Source: Clostridia bacterium
GTDB taxonomy: Bacteria > Bacillota > Clostridia > Monoglobales > Monoglobaceae
Reading direction: 5' to 3'
NCBI GenBank assembly: GCA_045575975.1
Contig: JAZNFO010000014.1
Span: forward strand, 1,611-65,610
Length of the DNA: 64,000 nucleotides
The notes beneath the pieces were generated by a model. That model was not told the origin of the DNA. It was given only the letters and a program-made list of their open reading frames with translations, and did not search any database. Both the position numbers and the translations under genes were made by a program. Positions 18,558-29,337 of the stretch are shown in pieces (positions within the stretch are counted from its first letter, which is position 1; every line of letters begins with the position of its first letter).

Positions 18558-19955
18558 TTAAAATGTTTCTTTGCTTTTTAAATACTGGTCAATGGCATTT
18601 GCTGCTTTTTTTCCGGCACCCATTGCAAGAATAACAGTAGCAGCACCTGTTACAACATCACCACCTGCATAAACGCCTTCAATTGATGTTTCACCATTGC
18701 TTCCTTTTGTGATTATACAGCCGTGACGGTTTGTTTCAAGTTCAGGAGTGGTGTTTTTAATAAGGGGATTTGGGGATGTTCCGATTGACATAATAACAGA
18801 ATCAATATCCAGTATAAATTCAGAATCCTTTTTCTCATATGGACTTCTTCTTCCTGACTCATCAGGTTCTCCAAGCTCCATTTTTATACATTCCATACTT
18901 GTAACAAAGTTGTTTTCATCTCCTAAAATCTTTTTAGGATTAGTGAGAGTCAAAAATTCAATGCCCTCTTCCATAGCGTGTTCTATTTCTTCATTTCTTG
19001 CGGGAATTTCTTCAATGCCTCTTCTGTAAACTATATAAACTTTTTCGGCACCAAGTCTCAGAGCACAGCGGGCAGAATCCATTGCAACATTTCCTCCGCC
19101 AACAACGGCAACTTTTTTTGCTTTCAGGATTGGAGTGTGGCTGTTTTCCTCATATGCTTTCATAAGGTTTATTCTTGTTAAAAATTCATTAGCAGAATAA
19201 ACCCCGTTTAAATTTTCCCCTTCAATATTCATAAACTTTGGAAGGCCTGCTCCTGTTCCAATGAAAACGGCATCAAACTCATAGTTTAAAAGTTCATCAA
19301 TGGAGAAAACTTTCCCAACTATCATATTTGTTTTGATTTTAACGCCCATAGATTTGAGCTTTTCTATTTCTTTTTTTACTATTTCCTTTGGAAGTCTGAA
19401 TTCGGGAATACCGTAAACCAGAACACCTCCTGCTGTGTGAAGGGCCTCAAAAACAGTAACATCATAACCAAATCTTGCAAGGTCTCCCGCACAGGTAAGA
19501 CCTGCAGGTCCTGAGCCGATAACAGCAACTTTTTTTCCGTTAGACTGTGGAGCAGAAATTTCTTCTTTTGAATTTTTCATATGCCAGTCTGCAACAAATC
19601 TCTCTAATCTTCCGATTGCAACGGGTTCGCATTTTAATCCGCGAACACATTTCATCTCGCATTGTGTTTCCTGTGGACAAACTCGTCCGCAAACTGCAGG
19701 AAGAGAGCTTTGCTTAGTCAGTATTTCATATGCTCCCTCAAAATCTTCTATAGCGACTTTGCTTATAAACCCCGGAATATCAATGGAAACAGGGCAAGCT
19801 GAAGTGCAGGGTTTGTTTTTGCAGTTAAGGCAACGCTTTGCTTCGTTCACAGCTTCTTCTTTTGTATATCCAAGTGAAACCTCGCTAAAGGTTTTTATTC
19901 TTTCCTTTGGGTTTAAAACCTGCATAGGTGTTTTTTTAATAGACATATTAGGCAT
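18558..19955 (-). CDS. nfnB: NfnB-type NADPH-binding subunit (GltD-like; 2x[4Fe-4S] + FAD)
   Basis: 465 aa. Cys clusters CLNCKNKPC...CPV and CGRVCPQETQCEMKC. Two GxGxxG folds (GSGPAGL, GGGNVAMD). Paired with a PyrK-like subunit immediately upstream. Confidence 0.7.
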   Translation of the reverse strand: MPNMSIKKTPMQVLNPKERIKTFSEVSLGYTKEEAVNEAKRCLNCKNKPCTSACPVSIDIPGFISKVAIEDFEGAYEILTKQSSLPAVCGRVCPQETQCEMKCVRGLKCEPVAIGRLERFVADWHMKNSKEEISAPQSNGKKVAVIGSGPAGLTCAGDLARFGYDVTVFEALHTAGGVLVYGIPEFRLPKEIVKKEIEKLKSMGVKIKTNMIVGKVFSIDELLNYEFDAVFIGTGAGLPKFMNIEGENLNGVYSANEFLTRINLMKAYEENSHTPILKAKKVAVVGGGNVAMDSARCALRLGAEKVYIVYRRGIEEIPARNEEIEHAMEEGIEFLTLTNPKKILGDENNFVTSMECIKMELGEPDESGRRSPYEKKDSEFILDIDSVIMSIGTSPNPLIKNTTPELETNRHGCIITKGSNGETSIEGVYAGGDVVTGAATVILAMGAGKKAANAIDQYLKSKETF

Positions 19956-19959
19956 GGGC

Positions 19960-20802
19960 TTAAACCTCCTTTTGCTTTAACAAATTGCAATATTCATCGT
20001 GTTTTTTTCCTTCAAAATCTCTATACATGGAGCTTCTTCTAATAGCCTCATCGAAATCAACAAGATGCCCGTCAAAGTCAGGCCCGTCAACGCAGGCAAA
20101 CTTCACTTTTCCACCAACGGTGAGACGGCATCCACCGCACATACCTGTTCCATCAATCATAATCGGATTCATAGAAACTGTAGTTTTAACTCCATATTCT
20201 TTTGTCAGGAGTGAAACAAATTTCATCATAACAAGGGGACCTATTGCTATAACCTCGTCATAGTTTTCTTTGTTTTCTATAAGAGTTTTAAGAGCGTCTG
20301 TAACAAGACCTTTTTCACCATAGGAACCGTCATCTGTCATAATAAAAAATTTGTTGCTGACTTTTTCAAATTCTTTTTCCAGAATAACAAGATCTTTGTT
20401 TCTGAAGCCGACTATGGTATGAACTTCACTGCCGTTTTCATAAAGTGCTTTTGCAACGGGGTAGGCAATGGCAGAGCCAACACCGCCGCCGATAACAGCA
20501 ACTTTTTTAAGATTGTTGATTTCTGTGGGTTTTCCAAGGGGACCTGCAAAATCAGGAATAAAATCGCCCTCTTTTAATGTATTTAATATCTGTGTTGTTT
20601 TTCCCACAACCTGAAAAATTATAGTAATTGTACCAAGCTTTCTGTCGTAGTCTGCAATTGTAAGAGGAATGCGTTCACCGTCATCTGTTGCACGGAGAAT
20701 AATAAACTGTCCCGCCAAAGCTTTTTTCGCAATTTGCGGGGCATCTATAACCATTTTTGTAACAGCCTGATTAAGAGGTGTTTTTTCTAAGATTTTAAAC
20801 AT
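19960..20802 (-). CDS. nfnA: NfnA-type PyrK-like FAD/[2Fe-2S] subunit
   Basis: C-terminal CGGCRLTVGGKVKFACVDGP [2Fe-2S] motif. Start set at ATG 20802 behind AGGAGG; the ORF-track start at 20823 adds 7 residues. Confidence 0.7.
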   Translation of the reverse strand: MFKILEKTPLNQAVTKMVIDAPQIAKKALAGQFIILRATDDGERIPLTIADYDRKLGTITIIFQVVGKTTQILNTLKEGDFIPDFAGPLGKPTEINNLKKVAVIGGGVGSAIAYPVAKALYENGSEVHTIVGFRNKDLVILEKEFEKVSNKFFIMTDDGSYGEKGLVTDALKTLIENKENYDEVIAIGPLVMMKFVSLLTKEYGVKTTVSMNPIMIDGTGMCGGCRLTVGGKVKFACVDGPDFDGHLVDFDEAIRRSSMYRDFEGKKHDEYCNLLKQKEV

Positions 20803-20821
20803 AAAAGTCCTCCTTAAAATC

Positions 20822-20850
20822 ATACACCTTAAGGCCTCCTTAAGGTGTAT
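20822..20850 (-). terminator. Hairpin downstream of the Na/Pi cotransporter gene
   Basis: 12-bp perfect stem ATACACCTTAAG / CTTAAGGTGTAT. On the minus strand only a short U tract (GAUUUUA) follows, so termination is probably partial. Confidence 0.45.
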
Positions 20851-20859
20851 TTCTTTGCT

Positions 20860-22617
20860 TTAAATCTTATATTTGTTAACAAAGTAATCGTATTTTTCAA
20901 AGAATTCATTTTCGCCGTCGTTCTTAACATGGCTTAAGTAATCGTGAGTTTCAAAAAGGTCTGTTTTAAGACTTAAGATACATGCTGCGATGTTTGAACA
21001 ATGGTCGGAAATTCTCTCGTAGTTTGTGAGAAGGTCTGAAAGAATGAAACCATATTCCATTGTGCATTCACCTTCTCTGAGCCTGATAACATGGTTGTTC
21101 TTAATTGATTTTTTAAGTCTGTCGATTGTCTGTTCAAGAGGTTCAACACTTTTTGCAAGCTCTGCATCATTATAAGCAAATGAAGTTTTTGTGATTTCAA
21201 TTATTTCGCAAACAGCACTCTTTAAAACCTTTGTTTCTTTCTTAGCATTAGCAGAGAATGAAACGCCTTTTTCATTAATTTCAAGAGCAGTTTTTGCAAG
21301 GTTAACCGCATGGTCGGATATTCTCTCTATATCTCCGATCATATGAAGAAGCTCAGTAACATTTTTACCGTCCTGACTTGTTAGCTCCTGAGTTGCAAGC
21401 TTAACAAGGTAAGAACCGATTTTATCTTCGTATCTGTCAACAACACCCTCGATTTTCTTAATGTTTTCAAATGTCTTCATATCAAAGCTTTCGGTGATGT
21501 TTGCAGCATCAATAACGGATGAAGCGGTCATTTCAAGCATCTCATTAACTAATTGACGGCATTTGTCAATAGCGAAAACAGGAAGAGTTAAGAATCTTTC
21601 GTCAAGAGCAGATAAGCTGTCTTCAAATGTATCGTCATCTGAATTTCCTTTAATTGTTTTAACAGCCAGTTTTTCAATAAGGCTGCAGAAAGGAATTAAT
21701 ATTACCGTGGAAATAATATTGAAAAGTGTGTGAATAACCGCGATTGAAACAACATCAACATGGTCGTTCATAAATTCAAAACCAATAAATGCATTTAACA
21801 GATAAAATGCAACAGAAACAACAACAACGCCGATAATTTTAATGTAAAGGCAGGAAAAAGCAACTCGTTTTGAATTAATATTTCCGTTTAAGGAAGAAAT
21901 AATAGGAGTAATTGTTGTTCCTATATTCTGACCGAGGATAATGGGTATTGCCGTTGAATATGGAATTGCACCTGTTATGGAAAGAGCCTGTAAAATACCA
22001 ACGGATGCAGATGAACTTTGAATTATTGCTGTCAGGATAGTACCTGATAATATACCCATAATGGGATTTGAGAACATAACAAGGATTTGTTTGAATGATT
22101 CACTGTCCTTAAGACCTGAAACACTGTCGCTCATAAAATCCATTCCAAACATTAAAATTGCAAAACCAACAAGAATTTCGCCAATGTTCTTTTTCTTGTC
22201 TCTTTTTGCTGTCATTATCATAAGAACACCGATGCCTGCAAGAAGAGGAGTGAATGAGGACGGTTTAAAAAGCTTAACAATAAAACTTTCACCGCTAAGA
22301 CCTGTTAAACTGAGTATCCAGGCGGTAACAGTTGTTCCCACATTTGCACCCATTATAATGCTTATTGTTTGTGAAAGCTTCATAATACCAGAGTTAACAA
22401 AACCAACAAGCATAACGGTTGACGCAGAAGATGACTGAATAATTGCTGTAACAACAAGACCTAAAATAAAGCCTTTGAAACGGTTTGCAGTAAGCTTTCC
22501 GAGTATGCCTTCAAGCTTGCTTCCTGAAAGTTTTTTAAGTCCTTCGCCCATCATATCCATTCCGTAAAGGAAAAGGGCAAGACCGCCGATTAAAGTCAGA
22601 ATTTCAAAAAAATCCAT
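20860..22617 (-). CDS. Na+/phosphate cotransporter family protein with C-terminal PhoU-like domain
   Basis: Duplicated QSSSAS motifs of the Na/Pi-cotransporter II-related family, plus a C-terminal PhoU-like helical repeat (ERISDH twice). Start moved to ATG 22617 (AAGGAGA SD). Confidence 0.85.
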   Translation of the reverse strand: MDFFEILTLIGGLALFLYGMDMMGEGLKKLSGSKLEGILGKLTANRFKGFILGLVVTAIIQSSSASTVMLVGFVNSGIMKLSQTISIIMGANVGTTVTAWILSLTGLSGESFIVKLFKPSSFTPLLAGIGVLMIMTAKRDKKKNIGEILVGFAILMFGMDFMSDSVSGLKDSESFKQILVMFSNPIMGILSGTILTAIIQSSSASVGILQALSITGAIPYSTAIPIILGQNIGTTITPIISSLNGNINSKRVAFSCLYIKIIGVVVVSVAFYLLNAFIGFEFMNDHVDVVSIAVIHTLFNIISTVILIPFCSLIEKLAVKTIKGNSDDDTFEDSLSALDERFLTLPVFAIDKCRQLVNEMLEMTASSVIDAANITESFDMKTFENIKKIEGVVDRYEDKIGSYLVKLATQELTSQDGKNVTELLHMIGDIERISDHAVNLAKTALEINEKGVSFSANAKKETKVLKSAVCEIIEITKTSFAYNDAELAKSVEPLEQTIDRLKKSIKNNHVIRLREGECTMEYGFILSDLLTNYERISDHCSNIAACILSLKTDLFETHDYLSHVKNDGENEFFEKYDYFVNKYKI

Positions 22618-22835
22618 AGTTTTCTCCTTGTAATCAAATTGTAATATTTCATATTTAAATAATAACATATGCAAAAAAATCTGTCAAGAATGATGTGGTT
22701 CTCTTAAAGAGATTTTATTTTACAAAAAATAAGAAAAAACAATAAAAAAATTTGTAAATGTTAACATATACACAAATGATAAAAAAAGTGTTAAAATTAA
22801 AAGATATTTGATAAAAAGGAAAGAATGGAGTTTCT

Positions 22836-24656
22836 ATGATAAGAGAAGATTTAAGAAATATAGCAATAATCGCCCATGTTGATCACGGAAAAACAACTCT
22901 GGTTGATGAAATGCTCAAGCAGGGCGGAATATATCGTGAAAATCAGGTTGTGGAAGAGAGGGTTATGGACAGCGGAGATCTTGAAAGGGAAAGAGGAATA
23001 ACTATTCTAGCAAAAAACACATCTGTGTATTATAAAGATATAAAAATGAACATAATAGACACCCCCGGCCATGCTGATTTCAGCGGTGAGGTAGAGCGAA
23101 TTTTAAAAATGGTAAATGGTGTTATTTTGCTTGTTGATGCAGCAGAAGGGCCAATGCCGCAAACAAGATTTGTTCTTCAGAAGGCACTGGAAATGAACCA
23201 CAGAATAATTATTGTGGTTAATAAAATTGACAGACCTGATGCAAGACTTTCGGATATTGGTGATGAGATACTTGAACTTCTGCTTGACCTTAATGCAAGT
23301 GACGAACAGCTTGATAGCCCTATTATATATTGTTCGGGAAGAGCGGGAACTGCATCACTAAGTCCCAATAAGCAGGATGAGAATTTAGAGGTTTTATTTA
23401 AAACTATAGTAGATTATATTCCTGCACCTGAGGGAGATGAAACTGGAGAACTCCAGATGCTTGTATCTTCTATAGAATATAATGAGTATGTTGGAAGAAT
23501 AGCGGTTGGAAGAGTTGAAAGAGGAAGAATTAAGCAAAATCAGGAAATTATGATTTGCGATTACCACGAAAAGCATTCTCCTTATAAGTCAAAAGTAGTC
23601 AACATGTATCAGATAGACGGACTTTCAAAAACTGCAGTAAAAGAAGCATCTGTGGGTGATATTATATGTATATCAGGTGTGCCTGATATAACAATCGGTG
23701 ACACAATAACAAGTGTTCAGGCTCCGGAAGCGCTTCCTTTTGTAAAAATCAGTGAACCAACTATTGAAATGACTTTTCAGGTAAACGATAGTCCCTTTGC
23801 AGGCAAGGAGGGGAAATTTGTCACATCAAGACAACTGAGAGACAGATTATACAGAGAGCTTCTAAAGGATGTTTCTCTCAGAGTTTCGGACGGGGAACAC
23901 ACAGATAGCTTTAAGGTTGCAGGAAGAGGCGAAATGCATATTTCAATTCTTATTGAAACAATGAGAAGAGAAGGCTATGAATTTTCTGTCAGCACCCCAA
24001 AGGTTTTATTTAAAGAAATTGATGGAGTACAGTGTGAACCAATTGAAAGACTTTTAATAGATGTTCCCGAGGGTTCTATGGGGGCGGTAATGGAAAAAAT
24101 GGGAACAAGAAAAGGTGAACTTGTTCATATGTCACCTATAGGGGACAGAATGAGACTTGAATATATGATTCCTGCAAGAGGACTGCTTGGTTATAGAAAC
24201 GAATTTTTAACTGACACCCGCGGCGAGGGAATAATGAACTCAGTGCTTTCTGGTTATGAACCATATAAAGGTGATATAACAAAAAGATTTACTGGTTCTT
24301 TAGTTTCCTTTGATACAGGCGAGGCAGTTGGCTACGGTCTTTTCAAAATTCAGGATAGAGGTGCCCTGTTTATAGGTCCCGGAACACCTGTTTATGAGGG
24401 GATGATTGTTGGTATAAATCCAAAGCTTGAGGATATGGCAGTTAATGTATGTAAGAAAAAGCAGCTGACAAACACAAGAGCATCAGGAAGTGATGAAGCA
24501 TTAAAGCTTGTTCCTCCAATTAAAATGAGCCTTGAAGCCTGCCTTGAATTTTTGGCAGATGATGAGCTTTTAGAGGTAACACCAAAAAGCTTAAGACTCA
24601 GAAAGAGAATTTTAAACACTCAACTAAGACTTAAGGATGCTCATAGAAATAAATAG
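22836..24656 (+). CDS. typA: Translational GTPase TypA/BipA
   Basis: [18 protein letters not shown] and NKID G-motifs, 606 aa. Confidence 0.95.
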   Translation: MIREDLRNIAIIAHVDHGKTTLVDEMLKQGGIYRENQVVEERVMDSGDLERERGITILAKNTSVYYKDIKMNIIDTPGHADFSGEVERILKMVNGVILLVDAAEGPMPQTRFVLQKALEMNHRIIIVVNKIDRPDARLSDIGDEILELLLDLNASDEQLDSPIIYCSGRAGTASLSPNKQDENLEVLFKTIVDYIPAPEGDETGELQMLVSSIEYNEYVGRIAVGRVERGRIKQNQEIMICDYHEKHSPYKSKVVNMYQIDGLSKTAVKEASVGDIICISGVPDITIGDTITSVQAPEALPFVKISEPTIEMTFQVNDSPFAGKEGKFVTSRQLRDRLYRELLKDVSLRVSDGEHTDSFKVAGRGEMHISILIETMRREGYEFSVSTPKVLFKEIDGVQCEPIERLLIDVPEGSMGAVMEKMGTRKGELVHMSPIGDRMRLEYMIPARGLLGYRNEFLTDTRGEGIMNSVLSGYEPYKGDITKRFTGSLVSFDTGEAVGYGLFKIQDRGALFIGPGTPVYEGMIVGINPKLEDMAVNVCKKKQLTNTRASGSDEALKLVPPIKMSLEACLEFLADDELLEVTPKSLRLRKRILNTQLRLKDAHRNK

Positions 24657-24663
24657 TGAATAC

Positions 24664-24692
24664 AAAAAAGCTGTGAAATTCACAGCTTTTTT
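24664..24692. terminator. Bidirectional terminator (typA / ylbJ)
   Basis: AAAAAAGCTGTG-AAATT-CACAGCTTTTTT. Overlaps the 3' end of the minus-strand gene. Confidence 0.85.
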
Positions 24693-25765
24693 CTGTTTTC
24701 CAAAAAATATCCAAGCAAAAGAAGTATTGTTAAAAGAAGTCCGGCAAGTAAAACTATGGTAATTGATGCCTGCCAGGCATCTCTTGGAAGAATGTTTGAA
24801 TAAAGCGGGGATATAATTGATGAAACCTCTGTATATGGGCAAAAGTAAACAAGAAGAATTCTTGTTATAAAAAATGAAAAAATGCCTTGAAGAAGTTTAC
24901 CCGTTATATATGGCTTTATTGATAATCCTGCCGGTAAAACACTTGTGCATACCTGACACAGAACAGAGGCTCCTGAAAATGACAGAAAGAAAGATATAAC
25001 AGGGAGTTTTATGTGTATATCTTCAGGAAGAGAGGATAAAACATTTATTCCTCCAGTAATTTCTATAAGAGAATATACAAATGGGTAGAATTTCCCTGAA
25101 GGGATGAAGGAACAAACCACAGAGAATAAAACTATAAAACCGCAAACTCTCAGAATATTATCAACAGAGAAGCTAACGGCATCGCTAAGTGCTTCACCGA
25201 TTTTTTTCATTCCCCCTTCAGGGGCAGGTATAAGACGAAGACAAGTATTTTCTGTTCTATCTTTTAAAAATCTGAAAATTATACCGCAGATAAGTGCGGA
25301 AATTATATGGGATATGTAAATTATAAGTCCGTATGTGTTTGAAGAAAGCATACCGCATCCAATTGCCCCCAGAACAAAAAGAGGACCTGAATTGTTGGTG
25401 AATGCAAGAAGTCTTTCGGCTTCTGTTTTTGAAATGTATCCGTCTTTGTAAAGCTTAACGGAAGTTGATGCACCTATGGGGTAACCGCTTATTATTCCAA
25501 GAATTAAAGGCAGAGCACCGCATCCGCTGACATTAAAGACAGGCTTCATTATACCTGAAAAGAAACGGCTGAAATAGGATGCATATCCAAGAGATATAAA
25601 AAGACTTGCAGAGACAAAAAACGGAAAAAGTGAAGGAATAACAACATTCAAACAAAGCTTTATAGCTTTTTGTGCTGAAGATATAGAAATCTCAGGCATA
25701 ACAACCATATTTAAGATTATGTAAATAAGTATAACAAGAGTAAATATCTTTTTAAGTTTTTTCAA
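24680..25765 (-). CDS. ylbJ: Sporulation integral membrane protein YlbJ-like (nucleoside-recognition/Gate domains)
   Basis: 361-aa polytopic membrane protein. Divergent from yqfC-yqfD. Called from overall resemblance only. Confidence 0.55.
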   Translation of the reverse strand: MKKLKKIFTLVILIYIILNMVVMPEISISSAQKAIKLCLNVVIPSLFPFFVSASLFISLGYASYFSRFFSGIMKPVFNVSGCGALPLILGIISGYPIGASTSVKLYKDGYISKTEAERLLAFTNNSGPLFVLGAIGCGMLSSNTYGLIIYISHIISALICGIIFRFLKDRTENTCLRLIPAPEGGMKKIGEALSDAVSFSVDNILRVCGFIVLFSVVCSFIPSGKFYPFVYSLIEITGGINVLSSLPEDIHIKLPVISFFLSFSGASVLCQVCTSVLPAGLSIKPYITGKLLQGIFSFFITRILLVYFCPYTEVSSIISPLYSNILPRDAWQASITIVLLAGLLLTILLLLGYFLENRKKL

Positions 25766-25843
25766 GCTTACCTCATCCTTTCAGTATATTTATATTCATT
25801 AAAATATTGATTTAAGCATAAATTTTAATGAGGAGATGAAGGA

Positions 25844-26140
25844 ATGAGAAGACATAAAGAAAAGGAAAACAAAAGAACATCATTAAGAGAAAAAGTTGCA
25901 GAGGGTTTTGATGGTTCCAAGGAACTTGTGCTTGATGTGGCAAAAATAACACTTTTTGGGACAAAGGAGATGACAGTTGAAAATTATCTTGGCGTTACAG
26001 AGTATGAAGAGAAAACAATTTTACTTCAGGCAAAGCCTTATGCTATCAGAATTTCGGGTGATTTGCTTGAAATTAAAACTATGTCACGGGAAATAATATA
26101 TATTTCAGGAAATATAAGAAAATTTGAGTATGAAAAGTAA
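25844..26140 (+). CDS. yqfC: Sporulation protein YqfC
   Basis: 98 aa. ...ITLFGTKEMTVENYLGVTEYEE..IRISG..LEIK pattern. Positioned directly before yqfD. Confidence 0.75.
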   Translation: MRRHKEKENKRTSLREKVAEGFDGSKELVLDVAKITLFGTKEMTVENYLGVTEYEEKTILLQAKPYAIRISGDLLEIKTMSREIIYISGNIRKFEYEK

Positions 26141-26155
26141 ACAGGTGATTTTGAT

Positions 26156-27373
26156 ATGGTTGTGCTGAATTTTTTAAATTTTTTTAAGGGCTGTGTACTT
26201 ATAAAAGTAGACGGCTTTTTTACAGAAAGATTTATAAATCTTTGCATAAATGAGGGAATTTTGCTATGGGATATAAAAAGAGCGGGAGAAGAGAGGCTTT
26301 ATGCTAAAATAAGCCCGCAGGATTATAAAAAAATCAGAAAAGCTGCCCGGAAAACAAAAAGCAGAGTGAGTATTGTTAAAAAAAGCGGACTTCCCTTTCT
26401 TATTTTCAGGTATAGAAAAAGAAAAGCTGCATTTATTGGGCTATTTATTTTTTGTCTGATGTTTTTATTTTATAACAACCACATAATGGGAATATCAATT
26501 AAGGGAAATGAAAGACTTGAAACAGAAAAGGTTATGGTCTCTTTAAAGGACTATGGGATATATCGTTTTGCCCCGTTGAAAGATGTAAATAATAAATTGG
26601 TGCAGAATAAAATGATGACAAAACACAGTGAAATAGCATGGATAGGGATAAATATAAAAGGTTCAAGGATTTACATAGAGATAAAGGAAAGGCTTGATAC
26701 CAAAATGAATGAGAATGAGGAGATTCCCTGTGATATAGTTGCCGGAAAAAGCGGGATAATAGATGAACTGGATATAAGAGAAGGACAGAATATGGTAAAA
26801 CCAAAGGAATTTGTGCAAAAGGGTGACTTGCTTGTCAGCGGACTAGTAGACAGTAATGTTCATGGCGTAAGATATGTCCGCTCCTATGGGGAGGTTTATG
26901 CTTTCACGGAGGAGGAAAGATCTAAAGAATACAAAATGGAGAGAATTGAAAAGACTGCTACGGGAAAAACTAAAAAGAAATTCAGTCTGATGAATGGGGA
27001 AAAAGAAATTAAGTTTTATGTGAAGAATGAGCCCGGATATAAAAATTATGAAAAAAAAGAAACAAAAAAGCCTCTATTTTTCGGTATTGATTTGAAAACG
27101 AAATTGTATTCGGAGCAAGAGGTAAAAAAGGTTAAAATGAGTGAAAAAGAAACCTTTGAGTTTGGGAAAAGTGAATTGGTTGAAGAATTAAAAAAGGAGC
27201 TTTCTGAAAGTGCGGAAATAAAAAATATTTCAGCAAAATATGAGAAAAAGGATAACGAAACATTAAAAGTTTATGTTAAATTTGAGTTGAGAGAAAATAT
27301 TGCAGAGGAAAGACCGATTGACAAAATTGAAAATTTGAATTATGATATACAGAGTATAGATAATAATAGTTAG
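26156..27373 (+). CDS. yqfD: Sporulation protein YqfD
   Basis: 405 aa. N-terminus FFKGCVLIKVDGFFTERFINLC, a single TM and the conserved yqfC-yqfD-phoH order. Confidence 0.75.
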   Translation: MVVLNFLNFFKGCVLIKVDGFFTERFINLCINEGILLWDIKRAGEERLYAKISPQDYKKIRKAARKTKSRVSIVKKSGLPFLIFRYRKRKAAFIGLFIFCLMFLFYNNHIMGISIKGNERLETEKVMVSLKDYGIYRFAPLKDVNNKLVQNKMMTKHSEIAWIGINIKGSRIYIEIKERLDTKMNENEEIPCDIVAGKSGIIDELDIREGQNMVKPKEFVQKGDLLVSGLVDSNVHGVRYVRSYGEVYAFTEEERSKEYKMERIEKTATGKTKKKFSLMNGEKEIKFYVKNEPGYKNYEKKETKKPLFFGIDLKTKLYSEQEVKKVKMSEKETFEFGKSELVEELKKELSESAEIKNISAKYEKKDNETLKVYVKFELRENIAEERPIDKIENLNYDIQSIDNNS

Positions 27374-27400
27374 TATAACTTAAGCAGAAAGGTTTAATTT

Positions 27401-28384
27401 ATGGAACGACTTATTGAAGTGGATAAGATGGAAAGTCTTATAAGCTTGTTTGGCAGCTTTGACTGTAATGTACGATTAATTGAAAAAAGCTTTGATGTTG
27501 CTGTTATAAACCGCGGTTCTGAAATAAAAGTGGGCGGAGATGCAGAGAATGTGGATAAAGCAGTTAAGGTTATCCAGAATCTTTTGGGACTTATTGCAAA
27601 CGGTTCAAATATTTCGGAGCAGGAAGCAAGATATGTTATAGACCAGGTTAAGGACGGAAATGATGAAGAACTTGAAACCCTGGGTAAGGATTGTGTTTGT
27701 GTTACGGCAAGAGGAGTTCCTATCAAGGCTAAAACGCTTGGACAGAAAAAATATATAGAAACAATAACAAAAAATTCAATAGTATTCGGTATTGGACCTG
27801 CTGGGACAGGAAAAACCTATCTTGCAGTGGCTATGGCGGTTAAGGCATTTAAAAATAAAGAAGTAAACAGAATAATCCTCACAAGACCTGCAGTTGAAGC
27901 AGGGGAAAAGCTGGGGTTCTTGCCTGGTGATATGCAGGATAAGGTAGATCCGTATTTAAGACCTTTATATGATGCCCTTTCTGATATGCTTGGTGGAGAA
28001 GCTTTTCATAAAAATATTGAAAGAGGGCTTATAGAGGTTGCACCTCTTGCGTATATGAGAGGAAGAACTTTAGATGATGCATTTATTATACTCGACGAAG
28101 CGCAGAACACAACTCCCGAGCAGATGAAAATGTTCCTCACAAGAATGGGTTTTTCTTCCAAAATTGTTGTAACGGGTGATATAACCCAGATAGATTTGCC
28201 AAGGGACAAAAAATCAGGACTTAAGGATGCGGAAAGTGTTCTTAAAAATGTTGAGGGCGTTGAATTTATGTATCTTAGCGAAAAGGATGTTGTCCGCCAT
28301 GTGCTTGTGCAGAGAATTATAAAAGCATATGAGAAAAAGGAAATAGAAAGAGAAAGAAAAGCTCAGAGAAAAAACAGAGGATAA
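27401..28384 (+). CDS. phoH: PhoH-family ATPase
   Basis: Walker A GPAGTGKTYLA and Walker B FIILDEAQN. Confidence 0.92.
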   Translation: MERLIEVDKMESLISLFGSFDCNVRLIEKSFDVAVINRGSEIKVGGDAENVDKAVKVIQNLLGLIANGSNISEQEARYVIDQVKDGNDEELETLGKDCVCVTARGVPIKAKTLGQKKYIETITKNSIVFGIGPAGTGKTYLAVAMAVKAFKNKEVNRIILTRPAVEAGEKLGFLPGDMQDKVDPYLRPLYDALSDMLGGEAFHKNIERGLIEVAPLAYMRGRTLDDAFIILDEAQNTTPEQMKMFLTRMGFSSKIVVTGDITQIDLPRDKKSGLKDAESVLKNVEGVEFMYLSEKDVVRHVLVQRIIKAYEKKEIERERKAQRKNRG

Positions 28385-28388
28385 ATAT

Positions 28389-28874
28389 ATGAAAATCTGT
28401 ATAAGAAATGAACAGGACAAGCTAAGGCTTAACCTGAAAACAAAAAGTGTTGTAAAAGAAGCAATAAAGAAGAGCCTTAACTTTATGGAATTTGGAACAA
28501 GGTTTGAAATAAGTGTTATGTTTGTTGATGACGAAAGGATAAGAGAGCTTAATAAGATGCACAGAGATATTGACCGTTCAACAGATGTGCTTTCATTTCC
28601 TATGTTTGAATATGATGAAAACGGGGAAATTATTGAAGATTTTGCAGATTTCAATAAAAAAGGCGAACTGCTTTTGGGAGATATTGTGATTTCTCTTGAA
28701 CATGCCCAAAAACAGGCAGAGGAATATGGTCATTCGTACCTGAGAGAGGTAGGTTTTCTCACAGTTCATTCAATGCTTCATCTTTTTGGGTATGACCATA
28801 TGAATGAAGAGGATGAAAAAGAAATGTTTTCCTGTCAGGAAGAAATCTTAAACGAGATGGGGCTTAAACGATGA
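28389..28874 (+). CDS. ybeY: rRNA maturation endoribonuclease YbeY
   Basis: HSMLHLFGYDH zinc motif. Confidence 0.93.
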   Translation: MKICIRNEQDKLRLNLKTKSVVKEAIKKSLNFMEFGTRFEISVMFVDDERIRELNKMHRDIDRSTDVLSFPMFEYDENGEIIEDFADFNKKGELLLGDIVISLEHAQKQAEEYGHSYLREVGFLTVHSMLHLFGYDHMNEEDEKEMFSCQEEILNEMGLKR

Positions 28875-29317
28875 AACTTTTAAAGAGCTTTTATTATGCT
28901 TTTTGCGGGGTTATGGATTGCATAAAAAAAGAGACCAATTTTAGAATACATATTATTGCAATGCTTTCTGTTATATGGTTTTCTTATGTTTATGATGTCT
29001 ATCCCCATGAAAAAGCAATACTTGTTATTTTAATATCCCTTGTTATGGTTGGAGAACTTATGAACACATCAATTGAGGCAATGGTTGATATTATAAGTCC
29101 GGAAAAAACGAGACTTGCAAAGGTTGCAAAAGATTCAGCAGCAGGAGCGGTTCTGATTTTTGCACTAAGCTCTGTTATATGTGCAGTATTTCTTTTTTCG
29201 GATATTGCAAAATGGGAAGAAAATGTTTTGCCATATATTGAAAATAACTGGCATCTGATTGCTGTTTTTGTAATTGTCAGTTGGTTTTTCGTTTTTAAAT
29301 GCGGAAAGAAAAAATAA
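28871..29317 (+). CDS. dgkA: Diacylglycerol/undecaprenol kinase (DgkA family)
   Basis: 148 aa, three TM helices, NTSIEAMVD motif. Start overlaps the ybeY stop. Confidence 0.85.
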   Translation: MKLLKSFYYAFCGVMDCIKKETNFRIHIIAMLSVIWFSYVYDVYPHEKAILVILISLVMVGELMNTSIEAMVDIISPEKTRLAKVAKDSAAGAVLIFALSSVICAVFLFSDIAKWEENVLPYIENNWHLIAVFVIVSWFFVFKCGKKK

Positions 29318-29337
29318 AAAGGTTAGAGGAATAAAAT

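Noticed and set aside
28214-28654. 146-aa low-complexity minus-strand ORF
   Set aside because: It is antisense to phoH/ybeY, which carry clear family motifs. Its Ser/Leu/Phe-rich translation is typical of the reverse frame of AT-rich coding DNA. The same reasoning applies to the other long antisense ORFs: 53263-53706, 60612-61091, 48487-48903, 22061-22438, 9780-10124, 11233-11577, 44534-44884 and 45375-45728.
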